From: Mobula hypostoma
Taxonomy: Eukaryota
Direction: 5' to 3'
Assembly (NCBI RefSeq): GCF_963921235.1
Contig: NC_086107.1
Span: 109,060,001 to 109,124,000 of the forward strand
DNA length: 64,000 bases
Below the pieces are notes generated by a model, which was given only the letters and a program-made list of their open reading frames with translations, made no database searches and was not told the origin of the DNA. Below, piece by piece: positions 1 to 12,689 of this stretch (positions within the stretch are counted from its first letter, which is position 1; every line of letters starts with the position of its first letter). The translations under genes and the position numbers were made by a program.

Positions 1-423
1 TCTCTCTCTGTCCCTTTGCCTCCAGTTTTTCCAACACTCTCCCTCAACCCTATTAATATGTTTCCTTTTCCTCCTCTACCCTCTCCATTTGCCCATCGCC
101 TACACACTCCACCCACTGGTTCTCTCTTCCTCCCACCTCCCTCACTTGAAGCCATGCTTCATCTCCCTCTCCTATCAGGTTCCTCCCTCTGTGACCCACT
201 GCCTCCTCCACTACTCTGGATTTATACTCTTCCAGTATCTTGTCCATTGCCTTTCATTAACTCAGCCTGCCTCAGCGCAATTTTATACGTAATGGATTGT
301 GTGCCCTTTTCTGTGTAGATACTGTCGAAACTATTGAGAACAAAAGCAGCTAATTATACTTGGACTTTATAAATCCCTGAGCGTCATGTGCAGACCGTTT
401 AACAAACTACTCGCCCAAGGATT

Positions 424-1950
424 CTTTCTTTCTTTTTCAATCTTTTTATTAATTTCAAAATATAGAGACAAAACATAGCAATAATACAGATAGTAGGAGA
501 TATATTGTTACACTGAAAAAAAGTAATTGTAAAGTCAAATAGTGTAAATTAACAAAGCTCCCTATCATGTAGAACTTGTATTTGGATTTTCAAAAGGCTT
601 TTGACAAGGTCCCACACAGGAGATTAGTGTGCAAACTTAAAGCACACGGTATTGGGGGTAAGGTATTGGTGTGGGTGGAGAATTGGTTAGCAGACAGGAA
701 GCAAAGAGTGGGAATAAACGGGACCTTTTCAGAATGGCAGGCGGTGACTAGTGGGGTACCGCAAGGCTCAGTGCTGGGACCCCAGTTGTTTACAATATAT
801 ATTAATGACTTGGATGAGGGAATTAAATGCAGCATCTCCAAGTTTGCGGATGACACAAAGCTGGGTGGCAGTGTTAGCGGTGAGGAGGATGCTAGGAGGA
901 TGCAGGGTGACTTGGATAGGTTGGGTGAGTGGGCAAACTCATGGCAGATGCAATTTAATGTGGATAAATGTGAAGTTATCCACTTTGGTGGCAAAAATAG
1001 GAAAACAGATTATTATCTGAATGGTGGCCGATTAGGAAAAGGGGAGGTGCAACGAGACCTGGGTGTCATTATACACCAGTCATTGAAAGTGGGCATGCAG
1101 GTACAGCAGGCGGTGAAAAAGGCGAATGGTATGCTGGCATTTATAGCGAGAGGATTCGAGTACAGGAGCAGGGAGGTACTGCTGCAGTTGTACAAGGCCT
1201 TGGTGAGACCACACCTGGAGTATTGTGTGCAGTTTTGGTCCCCTAATCTGAGGAAAGACATCTTTGCCATAGAGGGAGTACAAAGAAGGTTCACCAGATT
1301 GATTCCTGGGATGGCAGGTCTTTCATATGAAGAAAGACTGGATGAACTGGGCTTGTACTCGTTGGAATTTAGAAGATTGAGGGGGGATCTGATTGAAACG
1401 TATAAGATCCTAAAGGGATTGGACAGGCTAGATGCGGGAAGATTGTTCCCGATGTTGGGGAGGTCTAGAACGAGGGGTCACAGTTTGAGGATAGAGGGGA
1501 AGCCTTTTGGGACCGAGGTTAGGAAAAACTTCTTCACACAGAGAGTGGTGAATCTGTGGAATTCTCTGCCACAGCAAACTGTTGAGGCCAGTTCATTAGC
1601 TATGTTTAAAAGGAAGTTAGATATGGCCCTTGTGGCTACAGGGGTCAGGGGGTATGGAGGGAAGGCTGGGTTCTGAGTTGGATGATCAGCCATGATCATA
1701 ATAAATGGCGGTGCAGGCTCGAAGGGCCGAATGGCCTACTCCTGCACCTATTTTCTATGTTTCTATGTTTAACTAACAACGGATAATACAAAGCAAAAAA
1801 AACTGGAAAAAAAATCATGAAAAAGAAAAAAAACAAAACAAAAAAGAAACAAACCTCATCCCCAAAGAAAAACAAAATTAATCAACTAAACTAAAAGACT
1901 TGGGCAAAACTAACAACTTAAAAATGGAAAAGAAGAAAACCTCAGTGTCG
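424..1950 (-). mobile_element. L1/Tx1-like LINE 3' UTR fragment, interrupted by a nested CR1
   Basis: Perfect 15-bp direct repeat ACTCGCCCAAGGATT at 409-423 and 1951-1965 (TSD). Minus strand ends AATAAAAAGATTGAAAAAGAAAGAAAG (polyA signal plus A-rich tail). Clade assignment is inferred. Confidence 0.6.
576..1770 (+). mobile_element. CR1-clade LINE, 5'-truncated; uninterrupted C-terminal part of ORF2 (RT) plus 3' UTR
   Basis: ORF 576-1676 has [31 protein letters not shown] and the CR1 C-terminal motifs LVRPHLEYCVQFWSP, RGDLIETYKI and FFTQRVVNLWNSLP. Ends in (TTTCTATG)n tail. Confidence 0.96.
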
Positions 1951-2119
1951 ACTCGCCCAAGGATTTAAGATTCAACTTTGTTTATCACCTGTACATTGAA
2001 ACGTATGGTGAAATACATCATTACTGTTGACAACCAACGCACCTGAGGGTGTGCTGTGGACAGCCCACAAGTGTTGCCACACAGTCCACCACCGATATAA
2101 CATGCCTAGCATTCCTATA

Positions 2120-3225
2120 TGGTCAAGAAAGCTCAACAATGCCTCTACTTTCTGAGGAGGCTAAAAGAGAGCTGGCCTCCAAGAGGACTACAACCTTGCT
2201 GTGGTTCGGAGGCTTGCATGCTTCAGTGACCCGGAGAGCGATGCTGGCTGCAGTCAGAGATTTATGCTTTGGCTCTTGGCAGGATCACCCATGCCTAACA
2301 GGTCAAAGGGTAGAGGCCAGACTAAGAGTGGTCCACCAGTCCTCCAGGTCTGGGGGTTCAGCTCAGGGCTAACAACCCTGACTGGTCAAACAAAATTGTT
2401 ACAGAAACAGCAATGAAGAATCCTTCTACATCTGTGTGTGATGGTATTCTGAGTCTCCACCTGGGATTTGCACAACTGACAGTAATGAAAACCAAGAGGA
2501 AGCTACTGACATGATGAAGGAAGACCTGAACACCACCAGAGATGGAGGATCTTCATTGCTGCCTAAACACCAGTAGTGTAGCAGGCAGTAAGTAAGTAAA
2601 GAGAGCTGGACTTTGCACATCTATACTCACATCATTCTACAGATGTTCAGCAGAGAGCATCCTAGCAAGCTGTATCACTGCCTGGTGCAGAAACTACACT
2701 CTGGAGGAAAGGAAGACTCTACAACAGTCTAAACTGCCCAACGCATCACTGGCACCAGCCTACCCGCCATCAGGGACATATGTACAGAAAGGTGCCCAAC
2801 AAAGGCCAGTAACATCATGAAGGATCTCACACACACCCCCGCTCATGGACTATTTGTCCCACTCCCATCAGGGAGGAGGCTACGTAGTATCCATGTTAGG
2901 GCTACCAGACTCAAAAACAATTCCTTCCCCCAAGCAGTAAGGCTGATCAACACCTCCACCGGCCAACTCCACCACTACTTTATTATTTCCCATCAGTCAC
3001 CTTATGTACAGCCCAGTGTCACTTTATAGACATATAATCAATCAACATATATAAACCATGTTATGTATTTATATTTATTGTGTTTTTAATTATTATTGTT
3101 CTTTATCCTTTGTGTTTTTTTCATGCTGTATCAGATCGGAGTAACAATTTTTTCATCCTCCTTTGCATTTGTGTACTGGAAATTACGTTAAGCAATCTTG
3201 AATCTTGGATCTTTGAATCTTGAAT
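2120..3225 (+). mobile_element. Rex1/Babar-type LINE 3' fragment, split by an insertion at ~2180-2595
   Basis: Degenerate KKAQQCLYFLRRLK, FYRC..ESILASCITAW and HGLFVPLPSGRRLRSI..RLKN.SFPQAVRLIN; ends in (TTGAATC)n tail. Confidence 0.75.
2180..2595 (+). mobile_element. Non-autonomous RTE-related element
   Basis: Contains CCTCCAGG..GGGGGTT..GGGCTAACAACCC, resembling RTE 5' leaders; ends in (AGTA)n tail; interrupts the Rex1-type fragment. Confidence 0.45.
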
Positions 3226-3462
3226 TCAATATCCTCCAAGACACTGAGGATAATTAGAGAGGTACAGTTCTGATCCCTCTACACTTCAGAAAGAATTGCA
3301 AGGTTTTGGACTGGGGGCACAGCAAAGATTTAATAGAATGATCTCAGGAATAAGGGAGAAACGGAGGCAGAAGGTGATAGAGTTTTTTTTACTTTGAAGA
3401 GAAAAGGTTGAGGATTTTTTAGCGGAGTTGTTCAAGCCTGGATTCATGAATAGGTGAGACCG

Positions 3463-3790
3463 GAGTTCAAGGCCTTGTGTTTGGGGTTCCATTATCGGCA
3501 AATCTGGAGTTCGAGGCCTAGTGCTTGGGATTCCATTGTTGTCAAATCTGGAGTTCGAGGTCTAGTGTTTGGGGTTCCATTGTTGTCAAATCTGGAGTTC
3601 GAGGCCTAGTGCTTGGGATTCCATTGTTGTCAAATCTGGAGTTCGAGGCCTAGTGTTTGGGATTCCATTGTTGTCAAATCTGGAGTTCGAGGTCTAGTGT
3701 TTGGGGTTCCATTATCGGCAAATCTGGAGTTCGAGGCCCAGTGTTTGGGGTTCCATTATCGGCAAATCTGGAGTTTGAGGCCTGGTGTTC
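3463..3790 (+). repeat. 44-bp minisatellite, ~7.5 copies
   Basis: Units start at 3463, 3507, 3551, 3595, 3639, 3683, 3727 and 3771; consensus GAGTTCGAGGCCTAGTGTTTGGGGTTCCATT(ATCGG/GTTGT)CAAATCTG. Confidence 0.95.
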
Positions 3791-4734
3791 AGTGATCGGA
3801 GTATCCTGGGATTGATTCCAAGGATCAAGGCCTGGGGATTGAATTGGAGTCCAAATAGCAAGGCCCATTGGCCTGAGCTGAGTCTGCAAATCTCTGCAAG
3901 TTCACTGGGGAAACTGAAGCCCAAAGTCTGCAAGTCCATCTCCACTGGAAGCTGGGAGGTGCTGTAGGCTGACGGCCTGTCCTGGGGTTAAAGAACTGGT
4001 CATGTGCATGAGTGGGAGGGAATAGGGCTTGTTTTGCTGTTGTTGCTTTGTTGCCTGCTGTGTCCCGTGTTGTTCTGCCGAGCATTGTGGGCTTGCAATG
4101 TCGGCACTGACACTTGTGGGCTGCCCCCTGCACACCCTCAGGTGTGTTGGTTGTTAACGCAATGATGCATTGCACTGTATGCTCCGAAGTACATGACATA
4201 AATAATCATGAATCTTGAATCGAAATCTGGGGGGGTTTACATAGAGCAGATAGAGGCAGCTTTCCTAGCAGCACAAGGATCAGAAACACATATTTAAAAT
4301 AATCCACAAAAGAACCAGGGGGAAGAAGAGATTATTTTCCCCCTCAGGGAATTTCAGTAATCGGGGAGAAGCTGCTTGAAAGAACAGTAGAAGCAGTTTT
4401 AATGGGAGCTCTCAAAAGGGCGATTAGACATGAAAGAGAAAAGTCTGCTGTCTTGTGGAGACAGTGTAAAGGTTCAAAGTTCAAAGTAAATTTATTATCA
4501 AAGTACATATATGTCATCATGTACAACCCTGAGATTCATCTTCTTCTGGGCATAGTCGACAAATCTATAGAATAGTAACCACAACAGAATCAATGAAAGA
4601 CCGCCCAACTAGGACATTCAACCAGTGTACCGAAGGCAACAAACTCTGCCGATGCAAAATGAAGAAACAATAATAATAAATAAATAAGCAAAAAATATAG
4701 AGAACATGAGATGAAGAATCCTTGTAAGTATAGG

Positions 4735-5385
4735 ATTAGATTGGATTAGATTATGAGGACACGCAGTCCTCTTTTATTGTTGTTTAGTAATGCATGCATT
4801 AAGAAATGATACAATGTTTTACCAGAATGATATCACAGAAACACAAGACAAACCAAGACTAAAAAACTGACAAAAGCCACATAATTATAACATATAGTTA
4901 CAACAGTGCAAAGCAATACCATAATTTGATAAGAGCAGACCATGGGCACGGTAAAGTCACAGAGTCTCTCGAAAGTCCCATCATCTCACGCAGACGGTGA
5001 ACCTCCAGCACTGCAAACTTGCCGATGCAGCATCCTGGAAGCACCCGACCACAGTCCGACTCCGAGTCCGTCCGAAAACTCCGAGCCTCCGACCAGCTCT
5101 CCGACACCGAGCACCGAGCACCATCTCTGCCGAGCGCTTCGACCCCGGCCCCGGCAACAAGCAATAGGCAAAGCCGAGGATTTGGGGTCTTCCCCTCCGG
5201 AGATTCTCGATCGCACAGTAGCAGCAGCAGCGAAGCGGGCATTTCAGAAGTTTCTCCAGGTGTTCCTCTGTGCTTCTCACGTCTGTCTCCATCAAATCAG
5301 GATTGTGCATGGCATCCTACCTCACAGATACGATATCAATTCGGAACGGCCGCACACACTGCGTCGCGTCGCCATCTTCTCCTCC
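4735..5385 (-). mobile_element. ~650-bp non-autonomous retroposon (AAGATGGCG head, (AATCT)n tail), copy 1
   Basis: Highly similar to 10405-11058; related copies at 40030-40672 (+) and 44115-44350 (-). Minus strand starts GGAGAAGATGGCG and ends ACAATAAAAGAGGACTGCGTGTCCTCAT(AATCT)n. Confidence 0.85.
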
Positions 5386-5699
5386 CTATTGACCCTATTG
5401 ATTGGGTCAATAGCGACAATGGCATGATTAAATTTGCATATGTTCACAGAGGCAGACCATTCAACCCAACCCATCCAGGCAGACCAATGGACACCCTTCC
5501 ATGTTAACTCCATCACCCAACACTGGTCTACACCAACCTTTTTTGTGTCATGGACCAATGCCATTAAGCAAGGGGTCCATGGACCACAGGTTGGGAACTT
5601 CTGGGATGGAGTCTTCGACACCTAAACAATACAATTGTTCATCCAGCAGGTTCTTAAACGCTGCTAGCAACCCAGATTTCTAAGAATCCACCCACAACA

Positions 5700-6330
5700 A
5701 GTGGCTACCTACTTTAATTTGACTTCCCGTTTGAACATGTCAGCCCATGGGCTCCTCTACTGCCACGATGAGGCCACCCTCAGGTTGAAGGAGCAACACG
5801 TCATATTCCACCTGGGTAGCCTTCAACCTAATGGCACGAACATCAGCTTCTCAAACTTCCAGTAATTTCTCCTCACCCTTCTCTCCTTTTTGATTCCCTA
5901 TTCTAGCTTCCCTCTTGCCCCTTCTCTTCTCCTCACCCGTCATCAATCACCGCCTTCTGGTATCCCTCTTCCATTTCTCCCATGGTCCACTCTCCCCTCC
6001 TATCAGATTCCTTCTTCTTCAGGTCTTTACCTCTTCCACCAATCACCTCTCAGATTCTCACTTCATCCCCTACCTCCCCCCACACCTCCCACCTTCATAA
6101 TCTGTCTTCTGCTCCCTTCCTTTCCAGTCCTGGTGATGGGTTGCAGCACAATCTGTCTACTGCTAATTCCCAAGCAACACACGCAGAACGCTGGAGGAAC
6201 CCAGCAGCTCGGGCAACATCTATGGAGATAAGTAAACAGACGACACTGCAGGCCGAGACCCTTCGTCAAGACTCACGAGAGGTGGTGTTTGACCTGCCGA
6301 ATTCCTCCAGCATTTGGTGTGCACTTCCAA
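5700..6330 (+). mobile_element. Penelope-like (Neptune-type) 3' fragment with inverted pLTR piece
   Basis: Degenerate HGLLYCHDEATLRLKEQHVIFHLGSLQPNG.NI.FSNF (GIY-YIG C-terminus), pyrimidine-rich UTR and an inverted pLTR copy at ~6170-6275. Confidence 0.75.
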
Positions 6331-8149
6331 GAATTCTGTTGGAGAGATGTGAGGATACCATACCTTTAACTTCCCCAGGCCCCTGTATGAAGCTCAGCGA
6401 TCTGGCCTGAGGGTATTTACTAGCTGAGACGAACCAACAAGAAGCTGAGCTGGTGGAGGTAGGTGAGGATCACTGTCGACCCAAGTGGGCCAAGTCACGT
6501 TGTTTCTGAGGTTCCAAGACCCTTTCCTATTACATTGCTTGTTTACACTGTCACCTCTGGGAAGAGCCAGTATGCAGCGGGGACGGGAAGAGAAAATGGA
6601 ATGTCACAAGTGATATTAGTTAAGCCTCCCGGAGAGCAGCAGAGTCTGATTAAAGGAGACAGTCAGAGAGAACCGAGCTTGGCGGGGCGTCTCACTGCAC
6701 TCACAGTCTCGGTGACCAGGCACTGGCGTGGACCACCCACAGGACACACAGCCAGAGGTCCTTCGCTCCAAGCTTCCCCTTTCCCTCACAGTGTCCTCCT
6801 CTCTCTTTCACCAGGCACTCCATCCTCCCCACCCATCCTCTGCCCCAGCATGAGAGCCCCCCTCCTCCAAAGAGGGATCACTTTCCCAGCCCCACCCTGT
6901 CCAAACTTCTTACAGTGATCCTTCTCCTCTCCTTCCTCCCTTTATTCCATGTTCCACTTCCTCTCCTACTAAATTCTGTCATCTTCAGTCATTTTGATAC
7001 TTCTACCTATCACATCTGGTTTCAGACACTCTTCGCACTGCCTGCTTTCACCCTATCTTTCCATCACCCCCCCTCCTCACCTGGATCCACCTGGCACCTG
7101 ACAGCTCTTGCCTCACCCCTTCCCTTTCTCTGAAGAGCCGTGACAATGGCTGGGTTCACCCATCTTGTAAAGACACTGCCCAGAAGGAGAAAATGGCCAC
7201 TCACTTCTGTAGAAAAAGTATGCCAATCATGGTCATGGAAAGCCATGGTTGCCCATGTTATGCGACACGGTGCACAATGAGCGAATTAACCTCTCCTCTA
7301 TCGTTTAGACCAGATGGAAGGGTCTCATCGCAAAACGTTGACTGTCCATTTCCCTCTATAGATGCCGCTGAGCTCCTCCAATATTTTCATGCCTCACCAT
7401 GTCCTGCCTCCTCTCCACTCACTTCCTCTCCACCCTTCCCTACTCTAGGTTCTCCCTTCATCACTTTCCCCTACTTTACCATGCTGCTCACCCGCTCTTC
7501 CCATCATTGCTTGTTCCATCACCTTTCCCAAAGAACTTGGCTTGCTGACTGTGCTTTCCACATGGACGTGGCATGGGAACCATGACTCCATCCAGATTAG
7601 GGTGAGGGGTTCTAATCCCATTCCTGAAACTTCCACAAATTGGGTTGATAAGTCTATAGGAAGTTCTACATTATCAGTGCAGTGAGATGTTAAACTGAGG
7701 TCATTTCTCCCTCCTTGGATTGACGTTAAACATCCCATGAGACCATCAGACATGGGAGCATAATTAGGCCATTTGGCCCATCGAGTCTCTGCTATTTCAT
7801 TATGGTTGATCCATTTTCCCTCTCAGCCCCATTCCTCTGCCTTTTCCCTGTAACCTTTCACACCCTGGCTCGTCAAGAATCTGCCAACCTCTGCCTTAAA
7901 TACACCCAGAGACCTGGCCTCTACAGCCCCCTGTCGCAAGGAATTCCAGAAATTCACCACTCTCTGGCTAAAGAAGCATCCCGCAGCACTGCTTTGGAGT
8001 TGTTCTTTCTGCGGCTTCTGGTCAATACCAATCCAGCAATCCTCCGAAACAGCTCAAGGGAGCTTGGAAGGAAAAGGCTGGGACTGGCGACAAGACTTAA
8101 TTTGGAGTAGAGAACATTGGGATCTCTTGAGTAGGGTATTTTAGAGCTG

Positions 8150-8410
8150 CAGCCTCCCAGCACTAGAGATCCTGAGCTCCCGCGCTGACTGTCTGGAGTT
8201 TGCACGTTCTCATGGCGACCATATGATTCATCTGGTTGATCCGATTTCCTCCCACAGCCACTGTACATTGCCACTAATGTGTGTTCAACTGGTAGAATCT
8301 GGTGGGAGCTGATGACAATGAAATAAATACGGGTAATTTGGGATTCGTGTAATTGGGTGGCTGATTCTCAGTGTAGACTCGATGGGCTGAAGGGCCTTTT
8401 TGCCTGCTGT
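8150..8410 (+). mobile_element. HE1/V-SINE-like tRNA-derived SINE, degenerate
   Basis: GGAGTTTGCACGTTCTC...TTTCCTCCCACA V-domain-like core and a CR1-like tail (GATGGGCTGAAGGGCCT). Confidence 0.65.
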
Positions 8411-8693
8411 ACCGTTGTATCATTCCCTGACTATCTTCAGCCCTATCTTAGCTTAGCAATGGATCAGCCAGTCTATTACCTCAGTCACTGCACAGCAAAC
8501 ACTTCAAACTGCTTTTTATAAAGCTGCTTACATTGTAAATACATGGTGGTATTTATGTATTTATTCACATTTTATTCCATATCTGTACTTCTTACACTAT
8601 TTTTAGATCATTCTCTATTCTGTATAATTGTTGAATGTTGACGTTTTCTATTTGTTACATGTCACGCCAACACACCACAGTAATTTCTTAATA

Positions 8694-9441
8694 TAGTGGA
8701 TTCCAGCTAACTGGGACACATTGGGACCATAACATTTTGGTCCAATTATACAGCTGCCCCAATTAGCTGAAATCTCATGAAAAAGGTTAAAAGCTATAAA
8801 AAAGACAAATGACTGTTGAATTGAGTAACAACTTTTGTGCTTAAGTTGAATACAGAACAAATTAGAACACTACCGATACTACTACAGTTCTATGAAACTG
8901 TGTACTAGTTCCTAATAATTATCAACGGGATGCTGCCATGTTTTTTATTTTGATTGACCATAAATTAACAAAATCAGCACAGAGAATGGACTGTCTTCAT
9001 ATAATGCATCCTCCAAATCTTCATCGTCATTGCAGAATTCAAGGTGATGAAATAGTGAAATCATTTCATTTTCATTCTTGTCCATTTCTGGCATCTCCAA
9101 GCCTGAATGCTTGAAACCACAGTGAATTGTCTCACTGCTTATTTCTCACCAACTATCAGTGACAAAAATCACTGCTTTTTGAACATAAGTACATGCTACT
9201 GATGCTATCTAAAGCTGTTCACTCTAAGCACAGTGTAGTGTTTAATGAATACACAAGTGCACACAACTGACACAAGTTAAAAACCGTTAGGCAAGTTTCC
9301 TGTCCCAATTAAGTAGCATATTGTCCCAAATAAACAATGGGAATCCTGGCTATTTTCTTGATCAGCTTTTGTTCTTTAAGAGTTGCCCCAAATAAGCGAA
9401 TGCCCTGATTAAATGATCTGCCAACTAACCGGAGTCCACTG
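8694..9441. mobile_element. pogo/Tigger-like non-autonomous DNA transposon
   Basis: Imperfect terminal inverted repeats AGTGGATTCCAGCTAACTGG / CCAACTAACCGGAGTCCACTG. An inverted partial copy lies at ~19975-20203. Confidence 0.65.
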
Positions 9442-9453
9442 CTCATGCAAATG

Positions 9454-10010
9454 TACAGTCAGTGTCCACTTTAATAAGCACACCTGTAGACCTGTTCGTT
9501 AATACAAATATCTAATTAGCCAATCATGTGACAACAACTCCATGCATAAAAGCATGCAGACATGGTCAAGAGGTTCAGTTGTTTATTTTTTTCAGACCAA
9601 AGATCAGAATGGGGAAGAAACTTGATTTAAGTTACTTTGACTGAAATAATTGTGGGTGCCAGACAGGGTGGTTTGAGTATCTCAGAAACTGCTGATCTCC
9701 TGGGATTTCCATGCACAACAGTCTCTGGAGTTTACAGAGAATGGTGTTGAAAACAAAAAAAAAATCCAGTGAGCGGCTGTTCTGTGGGTGAAAATGCCTT
9801 GTTAATGGGAGAGGTCAGAGGAGAATGGCCAGACTGGTTCAAGCTGACGGGAAGGCGACAGTAACTCAAATAACCACGTGTTACAACAGTGGTGTGCAGA
9901 AGAGCAACTCCAAACACACAATACGTCAAACCTTGAAGTGGATGGGCTACGTCAACAGAAGACCACACCGGGTTTCACTCCTGTACCAAGTAAAGTGGCC
10001 ACTGAATATA
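9454..10010 (+). mobile_element. Tc1/mariner non-autonomous element
   Basis: TIRs CAGTG(T/G)CCACTTTA...TAAAGTGGCCACTG. Internal remnant of a Tc1 transposase HTH (MGKK.DLS.FD...IVGARQGGLSISETADLLGF). Confidence 0.85.
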
Positions 10011-10011
10011 T

Positions 10012-10269
10012 CACGAACATGAGAAAGTCTGCAAATGCTGGAAATCCACAGCAACACCCACAAAATGCTGAAGAAGATCAGAAGGCCAGGTAGCATCTAT
10101 AAAAAGAGTAAACAGTCAACTTTTAGGGCTGAGACCCTTCATCAGGACCAGGGACAGTCCCTTCCTGGGAATAGTCCTGATCAAGGGTCTCGGCCCAAAA
10201 CGTCGACTGTTTATTCATTTCTACAGATGCTGCCTGACCTGCTGAGTTCCTCCAGCATTTTGTGTGTGT
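10012..10269. mobile_element. Fold-back Penelope pLTR insertion with two inverted hammerhead-like motifs
   Basis: Left arm minus, right arm plus. TSD CACTGAATATAT (10000-10011) / CACTGAATGTAT (10270-10281). Confidence 0.8.
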
Positions 10270-10404
10270 CACTGAATGTATATGTATTTCTTTCTGTAAT
10301 TTATAGTATATTCTATCTATTACATTGTACTGCTACAGCAAAACAACAAATTTCACAATATATGTCAGTGATATTAAACCTGATTCTGAAATTTATTTAT
10401 TTAG

Positions 10405-11058
10405 ATTTAGATTAGATTAGATTATGAGGACAAGCAGTCTTCTTTTATTGTCATTTAGTAATGCATGCATTAAGAAATGATACAATGTTTTTCCAGAATA
10501 ATATCACAGAAACACATGACAAACCGACTAAAAACTGACAAAAACCACATAATTATAACATATAGTTACAACAGTGCAAAGCAATACCGTAATTTGATAA
10601 GAACAGACCATGGGCACGGTAAAAAGTCTTAAAGTCTCTTGAAAGTCCCATCATCTCACGCAGACGGTGAACCTCCAGCGCCGCCAACTTGCCGATGCAG
10701 CATCCTGGAAGCACCCGACCACAGTCCGACTCTGAGTCCGTCCGAAAACTTTGAGCCTCCGACCAGCTCTCCGACACCGAGCACCGAGCACCATCTCTGC
10801 CGAGCGCTTCGACCCCGGCCCCGGCAACAGGCAGCAGGCAAAGCTGAGGATTTGGGGCCTTCCCCTCCGGAGATTCTCGATCGCACAGTAGCAGCGGCAG
10901 CGAAGCGGGCATTTCAGAAGTTTCTCCAGGTGTTCCTCCGTGCTTCTCACAGCTGTCTCCATCAAATCAGGATTGTGCACGGCCCCCTAGTTAACACGTA
11001 TTGATATCATTCGGAACGGCCGCGCGCGCTGCGTCCCGCCGCCATCTTCTCCTCCCTC
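10405..11058 (-). mobile_element. ~650-bp non-autonomous retroposon, copy 2
   Basis: Highly similar to 4735-5385 (the supplied ORF translations are nearly identical). Confidence 0.85.
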
Positions 11059-11293
11059 CTCAACCTTATCAAAACTCAGTCAATGTTGCTTTTCTTCTGA
11101 ATGGCAGCAACCCCAACAAAGCATCACAACCTGTAAGATCAGTCTTGAGTTTATCTGTAGAGTAGGGACCAGAGTCCACAACCCAGCTACCCCAGGGTCC
11201 AGTGTGGTGCGAAATCAGGCAAGCAACTGCCTTTCGTCCGCATCACAGCAAATTCAACAGCAGTAAAATTCTTTGCTGTTATTAAAGGAAAAG

Positions 11294-11313
11294 GCACCAT
11301 CTGCTGGTGGCCA
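11294..11313 (-). promoter_or_regulatory. Candidate CTCF site
   Basis: Minus strand TGGCCACCAGCAGATGGTGC matches the core CCASYAGRKGGCRS with one mismatch, in apparently non-repetitive DNA. Motif match only. Confidence 0.35.
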
Positions 11314-11563
11314 ATGTAAGAACTAATTGACATGGAAAAACACATTGCAAGTGAAACCACCTGGTTTCCTTGACCAGGAGATACACACTCCAGTCCCGCC
11401 AAACCCTCGAGATTGAGAGGGATCTCCCACACCAAACCCTGGTTTGTGTGGATACTGTGTAGTTTGCTACCCTGTTACAACTCAGTGCCAAGAAATAACA
11501 GACAACACACTGCATATGATTAAAGGAATTATACTTATGAATCTTAACTAAAGGGTTAGTAAA

Positions 11564-11876
11564 AGTGTTGGCACGTGGCCAAGTGGTTAAGGCGTTCGTC
11601 TAGTGATCTGAAGATCGCTAGCTCGAGCCTTGGCTGAGGCAGCGTGTCGTGTCCTTGAGCAAGGCACTTAACCACACATTGCTCTGCAACGACACTAGTG
11701 CCAAGCTGTATGGGTCCTAATGCCCTTCCCTTGGACAACATCGGTGGCATGGAGAGGGGAGACTTGCAGCACGGGCAACTGCCAGTCTTCCAAACAACCT
11801 TGCCCAGGCCTGTGCCCTGGAAACCTTCCAAGGCGCAAATCTATGGTCTCACGAGACTAATGGATGCCTATAAAAA
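11564..11876 (+). mobile_element. tRNA-derived CORE-like SINE, long-tail subtype
   Basis: A box TGGCCAAGTGG, B-box-like GCTCGAGCC and CORE-like GTGTCCTTGAGCAAGGCACTTAACC. Matches 49029-49339. Confidence 0.85.
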
Positions 11877-12689
11877 GTAAAGAAAGAAAAATCAAAAAGG
11901 GCCCATTATAATTAAACAGTCAAATGTGCACAAGTTGGAGCTCAACTCCTCCAAATGTCCTCAGTAGACCTCAGCACCTTGCTCCATCGAATCACAGTCC
12001 CCCACCAGGTCGAACCCTATGACCGGCTCTCTCCAGCGTCTTCGCTCTTCATCTCCCACTGAACAAAGGACCCCGGCTCACACTGCTGTCAGGCACACAA
12101 CACAAAAAAACACACTGCCCTTGTTGGACAGCTCACATTCCAAAGCACCCGTTATCTCTAACCATAACCCAAACATTGCTTCTACAGAAAGACCATTATG
12201 TTAACCTTTCCCAGGGAGTTACACAAGAATGTATCAGTCTCTAATCTGATGGCACGAACGTCGAGTTCTCCAACTTAAGGTAATTCCTCCCCCTCCTCTT
12301 GTCTCCTTTTCTGTTCCCCACTCCAGGTGCCATCTCGCTCCTTTACTTCTCCTCACCTGCCCATCAGCTCCCTTCAGTGCTGTTCCTCCTCGCCTTCCTC
12401 CCATGGTGCACTCGCCTCTCCTATCAGATTTCTTTATCTTCAACCCTTTTCCACCTTCCAGCTTGTCATCTCATTTCCCCCTCCCACATGCCTTCCTGCT
12501 CCCCAGACTGACTCCATCCATCACCTTCTAGCATGTACTCCTTCCCCTCTTCCCACCTTTTTACTCTGGCTTCTTCCCCCTTCCTTTCCAGTCCTGTTGA
12601 TGAGGATAGCCATGGTCACAGCTATGATTGTTCTTGGCAAATGTTTTCTAGAGCGACTGAGATCCCCGGAAGAGCGAAGATGGTGGAAA

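Noticed and set aside
16..318. Pro/Leu/Ser-rich ORFs here and in Penelope UTRs
   Set aside because: Arise from pyrimidine-rich low-complexity sequence that lacks stop codons.
3463..3790. CRISPR-like regularly spaced repeats
   Set aside because: Units are contiguous with no unique spacers, there are no cas genes, and the context is eukaryotic: a minisatellite.
5386..5413. Small hairpin CTATTGACCC-N8-GGGTCAATAG
   Set aside because: A 10-bp stem at a retroposon junction, probably an integration or repair by-product; no evidence of function.
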